Positions 24,939 to 32,280 of a DNA stretch of 32,280 nt are shown piece after piece. Position 1 is the first letter of the stretch; each line of letters opens with the position of its first letter. This DNA is from Candidatus Hydrogenedentota bacterium. GTDB lineage: Bacteria; Hydrogenedentota; Hydrogenedentia; Hydrogenedentales; SLHB01. The DNA lies in NCBI GenBank assembly GCA_046483455.1, contig JAWODE010000147.1, positions 1-32,280 on the forward strand. The letters run 5' to 3'. The notes beneath the pieces are model-generated. The model was not told the DNA's origin, did no database searches, and saw only the letters and a list, made by a program, of their open reading frames with translations. The translations under genes were made by a program, and so were the position numbers.

Positions 24939-25342
24939 CGCCCCCTGACGCTTCCCTAAGTTGATTCCCCGCACCCCTTTTGGTAGGCTTGCCGCCTAGC
25001 GCAGGAGTGCTCGCGACAGCTAGCGCGCATTTCTCGCAACGCAGGTTCACCTGCATTGTGAGAAAACGCGCCAACTTGAGTTTACGGAGAACGCATCGGA
25101 CATTTTGCGCGATCACATAGTCGGGGATATTCACAGCCTCGTCAAGCGTTGAAGCAAGCGCAACGCGTTCATGCAACTTGTGCCACCCAAGGCAGCACAG
25201 GCTCGCCGGCCCAAGGCTGTGAAATATCCGGGCCACTGTTGTCCAGGTTTTTCAGCGGCACGCTCGTCTGATGTGTCCCATGAACTCCGCGCTAGCTGCA
25301 TAAAATGCAGCATATTCAAGAATAACTCACGGAGATTGTCTC

Positions 25343-26953
25343 ATGTCAGATTCTATGGAGCGTTTGCTCCTGAGCGGGAACGGGGCCGTCGCTCGCGCAG
25401 CCCTAGATTGCGGGGTGCATTTCGGTGTCGGTTATCCGGGAACCCCCTCAACCGAAATACTCGAAAACTTCTCGGAATTGGGCGGCAATGCCGAGTGGGC
25501 ACCCAACGAGAAAGTTGCCCTGGAAGTCGGCATCGGGGCCGCCTTCGGAGGAGTGGCCGCCCTCGTTACCATGAAACACGTCGGGCTCAATGTGGCCGCC
25601 GACCCTTTCTTTACCGCTGCCTACACGGGCATCCCCGGCGCCCTCGTTATCGTCTCCGCCGACGACCCCGGCATGCATAGCAGCCAGAACGAGCAAGACA
25701 ACCGACACTACGCCAAAGCGGCGGGCATTCCAATGCTCGAACCTTCGGATTCTCAGGAAGCGTACAACCTGACGCGCGAGGCCTTACTGCTCTCGCACCG
25801 GCAGCAGCTCCCTGTCCTCTTGCGCATGACGACACGGACCTGCCACTCCCAAACGGTGGTGCGCCCTTCCGCCCCGATAAGCATTACGGAGCCTAAAGCC
25901 TATGAACGGGACATCAAGGGCCGTGTGATGATTCCCGGCTACGCGCGCCCCGCTCACCGCAGACTCCGCGCCAAATTGGCCGCAATCGAACAGGAAAACA
26001 ATGCATCTCCCCTGAATTTCATGGTGGAAGGAAGCTCATCATTGGGCATTATTGCCTCCGGGGTCTCGTATGTGCACGCTCGCGAGGCCGCACCCGAAGC
26101 CTCGTTCTTAAAGCTTACCACGACCTATCCATTGCCTTTCACCCTCATCCGCAAATTCGCCGCCAGCGTAGACCGCTGTGTCGTGATTGAAGAAGGCGAC
26201 TCTTACCTCGTGGACCATCTGCGCGCCAACGGCATCCCCGTGGAAGGTAAGGATGATGGATACCGCTTCGGAGAATTGAACGTCGGCCTTGTACGCGGCA
26301 TCCTCGCCCAAGAACCAGCCCCCGAGCCCGTGCCCCCCAAGGGCAAACCGCCCCAACTCTGCCCGGGCTGCCCCCATCGCACCGTTTTCGCAACCCTTGC
26401 GCGGCAAAACTGCATTGTCACAGGCGACATTGGCTGCTACACCCTGGGCGTGCTCCCGCCCTTCGAAGCCATGGATTCCTGTGTCTGCATGGGGGCCAGC
26501 ATTGGGGTCGGACTCGGTCTTCGCCACGTGCTCCCCCCCGAAGAAGCCAAACGGGTGGTCAGTGTCATTGGCGACAGCACCTTCGTGCACAGCGGCATTA
26601 CGGGGCTGGTCGAAATGGCCTACAATCCGCCCCCGACGGGCCACGTCGTGCTTATTGTAGACAACGGCACCACGGCCATGACCGGTCTCCAGGAACATCC
26701 GGGCACCGGCCGGGCACTTGATCATTCCCCTTCCTCAAAGTTATCGTTCGAAGACTTGGCCAAGGCAATCGGAATCCATCGGGTGCACGTAATTGACCCC
26801 ACAGCAAATATTCAGGCCTTCTCGGGCATACTCAGCGAGTGTCTCGAAAGCGGCGAATTGGCAGTAATCATCGCGCGTCGGCCCTGCCTTCTCGCCCAAA
26901 AAAAACTGACCGCCATCGAGCGCGCAACGGCTTCTGAAACATGCACGACATAA
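25343..26953 (+). CDS. iorA: Indolepyruvate:ferredoxin oxidoreductase alpha subunit (TPP enzyme, short form without a ferredoxin domain)
   Basis: LLSGNGAVARAALDCGV..GYPGTPSTEI, CPGCPHR and GDIGCYTLG. Followed by an IorB-like gene. Confidence 0.85.
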   Translation: MSDSMERLLLSGNGAVARAALDCGVHFGVGYPGTPSTEILENFSELGGNAEWAPNEKVALEVGIGAAFGGVAALVTMKHVGLNVAADPFFTAAYTGIPGALVIVSADDPGMHSSQNEQDNRHYAKAAGIPMLEPSDSQEAYNLTREALLLSHRQQLPVLLRMTTRTCHSQTVVRPSAPISITEPKAYERDIKGRVMIPGYARPAHRRLRAKLAAIEQENNASPLNFMVEGSSSLGIIASGVSYVHAREAAPEASFLKLTTTYPLPFTLIRKFAASVDRCVVIEEGDSYLVDHLRANGIPVEGKDDGYRFGELNVGLVRGILAQEPAPEPVPPKGKPPQLCPGCPHRTVFATLARQNCIVTGDIGCYTLGVLPPFEAMDSCVCMGASIGVGLGLRHVLPPEEAKRVVSVIGDSTFVHSGITGLVEMAYNPPPTGHVVLIVDNGTTAMTGLQEHPGTGRALDHSPSSKLSFEDLAKAIGIHRVHVIDPTANIQAFSGILSECLESGELAVIIARRPCLLAQKKLTAIERATASETCTT

Positions 26954-27465
26954 AACCGGTCACAAACGTAGTTATCGCCGGGCTTGGCGGCCAAGGGGTG
27001 GTAAAGGCCTCCGACATCCTCACCGACGCCGTATTCCGCGCCGGCAACGACGTCAAGAAAAGTGAAATCCACGGCATGAGCCAACGCGGCGGTTCCGTGG
27101 CCAGCGACATCCGGTTCGGCGAAAAAGTTCTTAGCCCCATGGTACCGCCCGGCGAAGCCGACTATATTGTCGTTTTGGCGGAAGACGAAGCGGAGGCCGT
27201 CCGGGACCAGCTCAAAAAAGACGGCATTCTGCTCACGCCCGAGAATCTGCCCGGTTACATCGACGAAGACGCCGATGAAGACGAAGACGAGGAAACGCGG
27301 CTCCGGCTCCGCAGCATGAATGTGGCGTTGCTAGGGGCACTGAGCACCTATCTCGACATCCCTGACAACATCTGGCGCGAAGCCATGCAAGCGAACCTTC
27401 CCAAGAAAAGTTGGGAATTTAACGACAAGGTATTTCTGGTCGGGCGCGAACGGGTGGAAGTCTAG
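26941..27465 (+). CDS. iorB: Indolepyruvate oxidoreductase beta subunit
   Basis: VVIAGLGGQGVVKASDIL, HGMSQRGGSV. It overlaps the iorA end by 13 nt and contains an acidic insert, DEDADEDEDEE. Confidence 0.8.
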   Translation: MHDIKPVTNVVIAGLGGQGVVKASDILTDAVFRAGNDVKKSEIHGMSQRGGSVASDIRFGEKVLSPMVPPGEADYIVVLAEDEAEAVRDQLKKDGILLTPENLPGYIDEDADEDEDEETRLRLRSMNVALLGALSTYLDIPDNIWREAMQANLPKKSWEFNDKVFLVGRERVEV

Positions 27466-27573
27466 CGGACCGGCTCGGCCCGGCGCTTTGCCGGAGGAAA
27501 AAGTGGAAAGATGGCGGTCGCAAAAGCGGCACGCTCAGAAAACCATGCGGCAGCAAGAATAGGGGGGAAATAT

Positions 27574-28905
27574 ATGAAGACCGAAAAACATGAAAGCGGA
27601 GGCGGGTTTCATCCGGTGAGTGCACCGGACTACCTGCCGGAACCCCAATTACGGGAACTTCAGTTAGCACGACTCAAATTCATCGTCAAACGCGCGTACG
27701 AGCATGTCCCACTGCACCGAAAACGCATGGACGAAAAAAGCGTCACGCCGGACGACATCAAATCCCTCGCCGATATTACCAAACTCCATTTCACCATGAA
27801 GGACGACTTGCGCGAGGCCTATCCCTTCGGTTTGTTCGCAAGTCCCATGGATGAAGTGGTCCGGGTTCATGCGTCGAGCGGCACAACGGGCAAACCCACC
27901 GTCGTGGCCTACACGCAGGAAGACGTCGACGTGTGGGCCAGCGTCATGGTGCGAACTTTCGCCAGTTGCGGGTGCCACCGAGGCGATATCATTCAAAACG
28001 CTTACGGTTACGGTCTGTTCACCGGCGGTCTCGGGGCGCATTACGGCGCCGAAGCCCTGGGCGCCACGGTCATCCCCATGTCCGGCGGAAATACAGACCG
28101 TCAAATCATGATTATGAAGGACTTCGGCTCGAACGCCATTTCGTGCACGCCCAGCTATTTTATCCATTTGGCGGAACGGGCCCTCGAAATGGGAATCGAC
28201 CTGCGCGAACTGCCCCTGCGCGTTGGCGTTTTCGGCGCTGAACCCTGGAGCGATGGGCTCCGCAAGCATGCCGAGGAGCTCGGCGGTATCAAGGCGTACG
28301 ATATTTACGGGCTGTCCGAAATTATCGGCCCCGGCATCGCCACCGAATGCGCTATGCAGGAAGGCCTGCACATTTTCGAAGACCACTTCTATCCGGAAAT
28401 CATCGACCCGGAGACCGGCGAACCGGTACCCGCCGGGGAAGAAGGCGAACTTGTGTTGACCACGCTCAGCAAGAGCGCGATGCCCATGCTCCGCTACCGC
28501 ACACGCGACATCACACGCATGATCCCGGAACGGTGTGGGTGTGGACGTACCATCTGCCGCATTGCACGCATCGGCCGCCGTAGCGACGATATGTTCATCA
28601 TTCGCGGTATCAACGTGTATCCTTCGCAAGTAGAAGAGGCGATTCTCAAAGTCGAGGGTACCGCGCCCCATTATCAGATTCTTCTCACGCGCGAAAAAGG
28701 CCTCGATCAAATGGAGGTCCAGTTCGAGGTTACCCCCGAGATGTTCGACGATACCGTGGGCTCCGTCGAGACACTGCAACGCCGGCTTCAACAGTCCATC
28801 GAAAGCACCGTCGGGGCTCGGGCAAAAGTCACCCTGGTCGAGCCGCATTCCATCGCGCGAAGCCAAGGCAAGGCCAAACGGGTCATTGATAAACGGGAAG
28901 GCTGA
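27574..28905 (+). CDS. paaK: Phenylacetate-CoA ligase family adenylating enzyme
   Basis: [10 protein letters not shown]...[43 protein letters not shown] 27574 (MKTEK) is preferred over the track start at 27511. Confidence 0.85.
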   Translation: MKTEKHESGGGFHPVSAPDYLPEPQLRELQLARLKFIVKRAYEHVPLHRKRMDEKSVTPDDIKSLADITKLHFTMKDDLREAYPFGLFASPMDEVVRVHASSGTTGKPTVVAYTQEDVDVWASVMVRTFASCGCHRGDIIQNAYGYGLFTGGLGAHYGAEALGATVIPMSGGNTDRQIMIMKDFGSNAISCTPSYFIHLAERALEMGIDLRELPLRVGVFGAEPWSDGLRKHAEELGGIKAYDIYGLSEIIGPGIATECAMQEGLHIFEDHFYPEIIDPETGEPVPAGEEGELVLTTLSKSAMPMLRYRTRDITRMIPERCGCGRTICRIARIGRRSDDMFIIRGINVYPSQVEEAILKVEGTAPHYQILLTREKGLDQMEVQFEVTPEMFDDTVGSVETLQRRLQQSIESTVGARAKVTLVEPHSIARSQGKAKRVIDKREG

Positions 28906-28949
28906 AAACAAGCGCCGGACACGTTCCGGCGCATGAGGAGAACGCCGTT

Positions 28950-29387
28950 ATGAAGATTACGCAACTGTCCCTGTTCCTCGAAAACAAGCCGGCCCACCTC
29001 AAGGCGCCGTGCCGGGCGCTTGCCGATGCCGGCATCAGCATCCTCACCCTCTCTCTGGCCGACACCGAACAGTTCGGTATCCTGCGCCTCATCGTGCGCG
29101 ACCCCGACAAGGCCAAAGAGGTGCTCGAAGCCGCCGGATGCGTTGTCAACACGACCGAAGTCGTTGCTGTCGAGATCGAAGACCGCCCCGGCGGACTCGC
29201 CGACCTCCTCGATATCATCGACAAAGCCGACATCAATATCGAATACATGTACGCGTTCACTTTTGGACGCGAAGACAAGGCCATCATGGTCTTCCGTTTC
29301 GAAGCCCCCGACGAGGCCATCGAAAAACTGCAAGCCGCCGGCGTAGGCGTCGTCGGCAGCGTGGACCTCTACTCCCACGACTCTTGA
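28950..29387 (+). CDS. ACT-domain protein (tandem ACT, commonly found with IorAB/PaaK)
   Basis: LSLFLENKPAHL...GISILTLSLADT and a second repeat, VAVEIEDRPGGLADLL. Confidence 0.7.
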   Translation: MKITQLSLFLENKPAHLKAPCRALADAGISILTLSLADTEQFGILRLIVRDPDKAKEVLEAAGCVVNTTEVVAVEIEDRPGGLADLLDIIDKADINIEYMYAFTFGREDKAIMVFRFEAPDEAIEKLQAAGVGVVGSVDLYSHDS

Positions 29388-29412
29388 GAACCCGCTGGAA
29401 AGGCAAACAAGC

Positions 29413-29447
29413 GCCTCCGCAGGTGCCATCACCGCGGGGGCTTTTTT
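29413..29447 (+). terminator. Rho-independent terminator
   Basis: GCCTCCGC / GCGGGGGC stem of 8 bp with one G-U pair, a 13-nt loop, then TTTTTT. Confidence 0.65.
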
Positions 29448-29589
29448 GCTGGAATGAGGTGCACGTCAGACCATGCTGTGTCATGGTCTCCCGACCATGA
29501 CACTCTCACGACCGCGGGTCTCCAATCACCGCAATTACAACGCGGGCCCGCGTAATCCCACAATAAAGGCCGCCCACTGCCATCCCCCC

Positions 29590-31038
29590 TCACCCCTCCG
29601 GCTCATACTCCGGATTCAACTCCGTAGGTACAGGCGCCCCCAGCTCTTCGCGCCAGTGCTTCAGCATGGCATGCAATTCGTCGCGCTTCTCGGGTCGTTC
29701 CTCCGCAAGATTGTGTTTCTCTCCGACGTCCTCCCGAAGGTTGTATAGTTCCAGGCCGCCGTCCTCAAAATACTCGTGAAGTTTCCAGTCGCCGTACCGG
29801 ACGACGGAGCCGGGGCGGGTTCGGAACTTAGGATCCCGTGTCTCGACCGGCCCCTCTTTCACGTAGGCTTGCAGGTAGATCGGGAAATGCCAGTACAGCG
29901 CGCGGTCGGGAAGGGTTCCGCGCCCCGTTAGCACGGCCACCAGGCTCTCCCCATCGAGGATCTTTTCTCTGGGCTTCTCCACTCCAGCCGCCTCGATAAA
30001 GGTCGGGAAGAAATCGATATTGCTTACGGGCGTGTCGCACGTCGTGCCCGGCTCGACCACGACCGGCCACCGCACAATCATCGGCTCGCGAATACCGCCC
30101 TCGTAATACGACCCTTTCCCCGCGCGCAACGGCCACTGTTTGCTCGTCTTCCACACCGCGCCATTGTCGGACGAAAACAGCACAAGCGTATCGTCCGCGA
30201 TATCATACTTCTCCAATGCCGCCATCAACCGGCCCACGTTTTCGTCCAAGCTGGCAATCATGGCGGCATACGTCGGGTTTTTGTGCGCTTTTGTTCTGTC
30301 TTTCTCGGCAAACTCAGCTTTTAGAGACGCTTTCGCCTGAAGCGGTCTGTGAACCGTGTAGAACGGCAGGTACAGGAAGAACGGCCGGTCTTTGTTTTCC
30401 TCAACAAACGCAATGGCCTCGGTAGTCAACCGGTCGGTCAGGTACTCGCCCTTTTCATTCCGCGTACAGTTAGGATAATTGTACGGGCTGTGATATCCGC
30501 CTTTCGAAGGACTTCCCCACGGCCCGCCCGCGACATTCACGTCGAACCCGTTCTTCAACGGGTCCTCGCTCAAATGCCATTTGCCGACCGTGCACGTCCG
30601 GTACCCGGCATTGTGCAGAACATGCGCGATCGTCAAATTATCCTCGCGGATGTGCAACGTGTTCTCGATAGGGATGAGTTTCCGGTCTTTAGACTTACCC
30701 CGCGCCGAGTCGCCCACCGTATACACGCCGTGGCGCGGCGTGTACTGACCGGTCATGGCGCAGGCCCGGCTGGGCGCGCAATTCGCCGCGGTTGCGTAGG
30801 CATTCGTAAAAACCATCCCCTGCGACGCCAGTGCATCGATGTTCCGCGTCTCGTAATATTCACTACCCTGGCACGAGAGATCCGTCCAACCCAGGTCGTC
30901 GACGTTGATGTAAACGATGTTCAGTTTAGGGCGGGCCTGAACCCCCCGCCGCATCTTCCACCCCGTGCAGGCCGCCGCCGTACCCAGGAACGATGCCTGC
31001 AAAAACCGCCTCCGCGTGCATCGAAATCCATTTTGCAT
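29590..31038 (-). CDS. Tat-exported formylglycine-dependent sulfatase
   Basis: Twin-arginine signal TRRRFLQASFLGTAAA. Sulfatase signature CAPSRACAMTG (C-x-P-x-R), NVDDLGW and GKWH. Confidence 0.9.
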   Translation of the reverse strand: MQNGFRCTRRRFLQASFLGTAAACTGWKMRRGVQARPKLNIVYINVDDLGWTDLSCQGSEYYETRNIDALASQGMVFTNAYATAANCAPSRACAMTGQYTPRHGVYTVGDSARGKSKDRKLIPIENTLHIREDNLTIAHVLHNAGYRTCTVGKWHLSEDPLKNGFDVNVAGGPWGSPSKGGYHSPYNYPNCTRNEKGEYLTDRLTTEAIAFVEENKDRPFFLYLPFYTVHRPLQAKASLKAEFAEKDRTKAHKNPTYAAMIASLDENVGRLMAALEKYDIADDTLVLFSSDNGAVWKTSKQWPLRAGKGSYYEGGIREPMIVRWPVVVEPGTTCDTPVSNIDFFPTFIEAAGVEKPREKILDGESLVAVLTGRGTLPDRALYWHFPIYLQAYVKEGPVETRDPKFRTRPGSVVRYGDWKLHEYFEDGGLELYNLREDVGEKHNLAEERPEKRDELHAMLKHWREELGAPVPTELNPEYEPEG

Positions 31039-31054
31039 ATGTCGAAATTCTCCC

Positions 31055-32254
31055 TCAGTTTTCCCCGTAAAAAAGCTGTGTCGCTCCCTTAATGCCTACC
31101 TGCACGCCCTCTGCGGTGCTGCCCGTCGAGCCCAGAATCACGATCCCGTCGCCAAAATTCTCCTTGGTGCTTGTCACATTGTTGACCCGTGCGCCTTCCT
31201 TCTTAATCAGTGTCTTGCGAGGACCGAAGGCAATCACGTCCAAGGACGATCCCCTATACACAATTTCGTTGCCGAGATTATAGGCGACGAGAATAATTCC
31301 GTTTCTTTCGTTCAAAAGTGCGATCGGCCGTGTACCTTTATCGTCGACATGGTAGAGGTCATCCCATTGGCCCGACGGCCTCCGGACCAGCAAGCCGATC
31401 TTTGTGTATCCCTCCGTGTCGTAGCTCGTCTTGACCGCAGCATAAAGCGTCCCGTCCGAGGCAATGGCGCAGTTCAGATGGTCGTCCGCGATTCCATCGC
31501 CAATGGGCAACGCCGACGCCGAAGCGGGCGTTTCATCGTCCGACCAAGCCGTGGGAGGAGCGTCCTGGGCATGCATCCGAAAACCGAACTGTCGTGTATT
31601 CTGGTTTGACCAGAGAACGCCGACATCCCCGTTCGGAAACGCGGCCACAACACAAATGTCGTCTTCATCCACGCCGGATGCGAGCGTCAACGGCGCACTC
31701 CAGTCCGTGTACGGCGGGTCACTCCACCGCACGTTGATATCGACCTCAGCATCCGACGCCAGCCACATCCGCCCGGAGTTATCCACATCAATGGTGGCCA
31801 TTTCCACGCCGGGGTCCAGAACAATGGAACTCGGTGACGGCCGTTTCGACCAGCTCCGGTACATATTTTCATCCGAGTCGTACTCAAGCGAAACCAATTC
31901 GCATTGGATACCGGCAAATAACAGCACATGCGTGAGATCACCCAGCCTCTTGGCGTCCGCATAGGTATTGATAGCATCCGACAGAGGCAGCGCGTCGGTC
32001 CATTGCGTGTCATCCAGGCGCCATAACTTCGTGCCCGTCGCGTCAGGAAGCACGGACCACCAATGCTCCGCATGAAACCATACCTTTGACTGGGGCTTCT
32101 CCCCCGTGCTCGCCGTGACTTCAATGGCCTGCAAAGGGATGACAGTGAACTGCGAGGCCTCCTGGACCGCACCAGTCTCACCGGCAGCTCCAGCAGCAAC
32201 GCTTATTAGAACGCCTATTAAAAGGACGCCCAACAACTGCTTGTTCAATTGCAT
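31055..32254 (-). CDS. Secreted hypothetical protein, beta-propeller-like
   Basis: N-terminal signal peptide MQLNKQLLGVLLIGVLISVAAGAAG. Repeated W/D-rich strands. It ends 16 nt before the sulfatase start, so the two are probably co-transcribed. Confidence 0.5.
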   Translation of the reverse strand: MQLNKQLLGVLLIGVLISVAAGAAGETGAVQEASQFTVIPLQAIEVTASTGEKPQSKVWFHAEHWWSVLPDATGTKLWRLDDTQWTDALPLSDAINTYADAKRLGDLTHVLLFAGIQCELVSLEYDSDENMYRSWSKRPSPSSIVLDPGVEMATIDVDNSGRMWLASDAEVDINVRWSDPPYTDWSAPLTLASGVDEDDICVVAAFPNGDVGVLWSNQNTRQFGFRMHAQDAPPTAWSDDETPASASALPIGDGIADDHLNCAIASDGTLYAAVKTSYDTEGYTKIGLLVRRPSGQWDDLYHVDDKGTRPIALLNERNGIILVAYNLGNEIVYRGSSLDVIAFGPRKTLIKKEGARVNNVTSTKENFGDGIVILGSTGSTAEGVQVGIKGATQLFYGEN

Positions 32255-32280
32255 CTATTCACCTGCTTAGCCACATTCGA

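Noticed and set aside
25172-25186. Minus-strand TGGCACAAGTTGCA resembling a sigma-54 promoter
   Set aside because: The GG-to-GC spacing is 8 nt instead of 10, and no minus-strand gene lies downstream within a reasonable distance.
24730-25236. 168-aa minus-strand ORF in the iorA upstream region, considered as a possible transposase or toxin remnant
   Set aside because: It reads straight through the 24891-24938 terminator hairpin and into the small plus-strand ORF. It has no recognisable family motifs or RBS. At most its first ~95 codons could be real, and I cannot support that.
27664-28911. 415-aa ORF antisense to the phenylacetate-CoA ligase gene
   Set aside because: Shadow ORF typical of GC-rich DNA. 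Its translation is low-complexity (A/G/R/D-rich) with no motifs, whereas the plus strand carries clear adenylating-enzyme motifs.
29468-29552. Palindromes AGACCATG-N6-CATGGTCT (29468-29489) and CGCGGGCCCGCG (29541-29552) downstream of the sulfatase
   Set aside because: Neither has a flanking U-tract on either strand and neither recurs elsewhere in the window. They may be weak terminators for the minus-strand sulfatase transcript, but that is not supportable.
1-32280. Search by eye for Rex operators (TTGTGAA-N4-TTCACAA-like), hydA/hydF, nifHDK, IS elements, tRNA/rRNA and CRISPR repeats
   Set aside because: None recognised. The nearest Rex-like string (TTGTGAGAA at 25056) belongs to a differently spaced inverted repeat. 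A matrix scan would be needed to exclude weak sites.

Overview
GC-rich bacterial chromosomal window with the gene content of an anaerobe: Rex, HydE/HydG-type radical SAM enzymes, ferredoxins, indolepyruvate:ferredoxin oxidoreductase and a sigma-54 activator. I saw no rRNA, tRNA, CRISPR array or mobile element. All family calls come from motif recognition by eye; no searches were run. Layout: (i) 64-1915 (+): HydE-like radical SAM enzyme and Rex. (ii) 1940-6358 (-): two NifX-like proteins, an Mrp/NBP35 Fe-S carrier ATPase, an untracked DUF5320-like ORF interrupted by an in-frame TGA, a small ABC-type ATPase and a PAS/sigma-54 enhancer-binding protein. (iii) 6544-10394 (+): divergent from the activator and preceded by a sigma-54-like -24/-12 element. 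It encodes a third NifX-like protein, two Arg/Gly-rich DUF5320-type proteins, an FmdB zinc ribbon, an RG-rich 2x[4Fe-4S] ferredoxin, an FAD disulfide-reductase-like enzyme and a CheY-type receiver. (iv) 10436-21727 (+): a tightly packed, translationally coupled 13-gene operon. It encodes a methyltransferase, an MTH1187/YkoF-like protein, a HydG/ThiH-like radical SAM enzyme with a degenerate C-terminal cluster motif, a PLP gamma-family enzyme, an MBL-fold protein, a Thi4-like thiazole synthase, a fused double methyltransferase, a small ferredoxin, a zinc-ribbon membrane protein, a second radical SAM enzyme, an ABC exporter and a TPR-like protein. (v) Ordinary flank: HemW, GYD, sulfotransferase, an IorAB-PaaK-ACT arylacetate module, a Tat-sulfatase and a secreted propeller-like protein. 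The best candidates for undescribed biology are the mirrored NifX-like/Mrp/DUF5320 modules, which have no nitrogenase or hydrogenase structural gene nearby, and the HydG-like/Thi4-like/PLP/methyltransferase/ABC operon.
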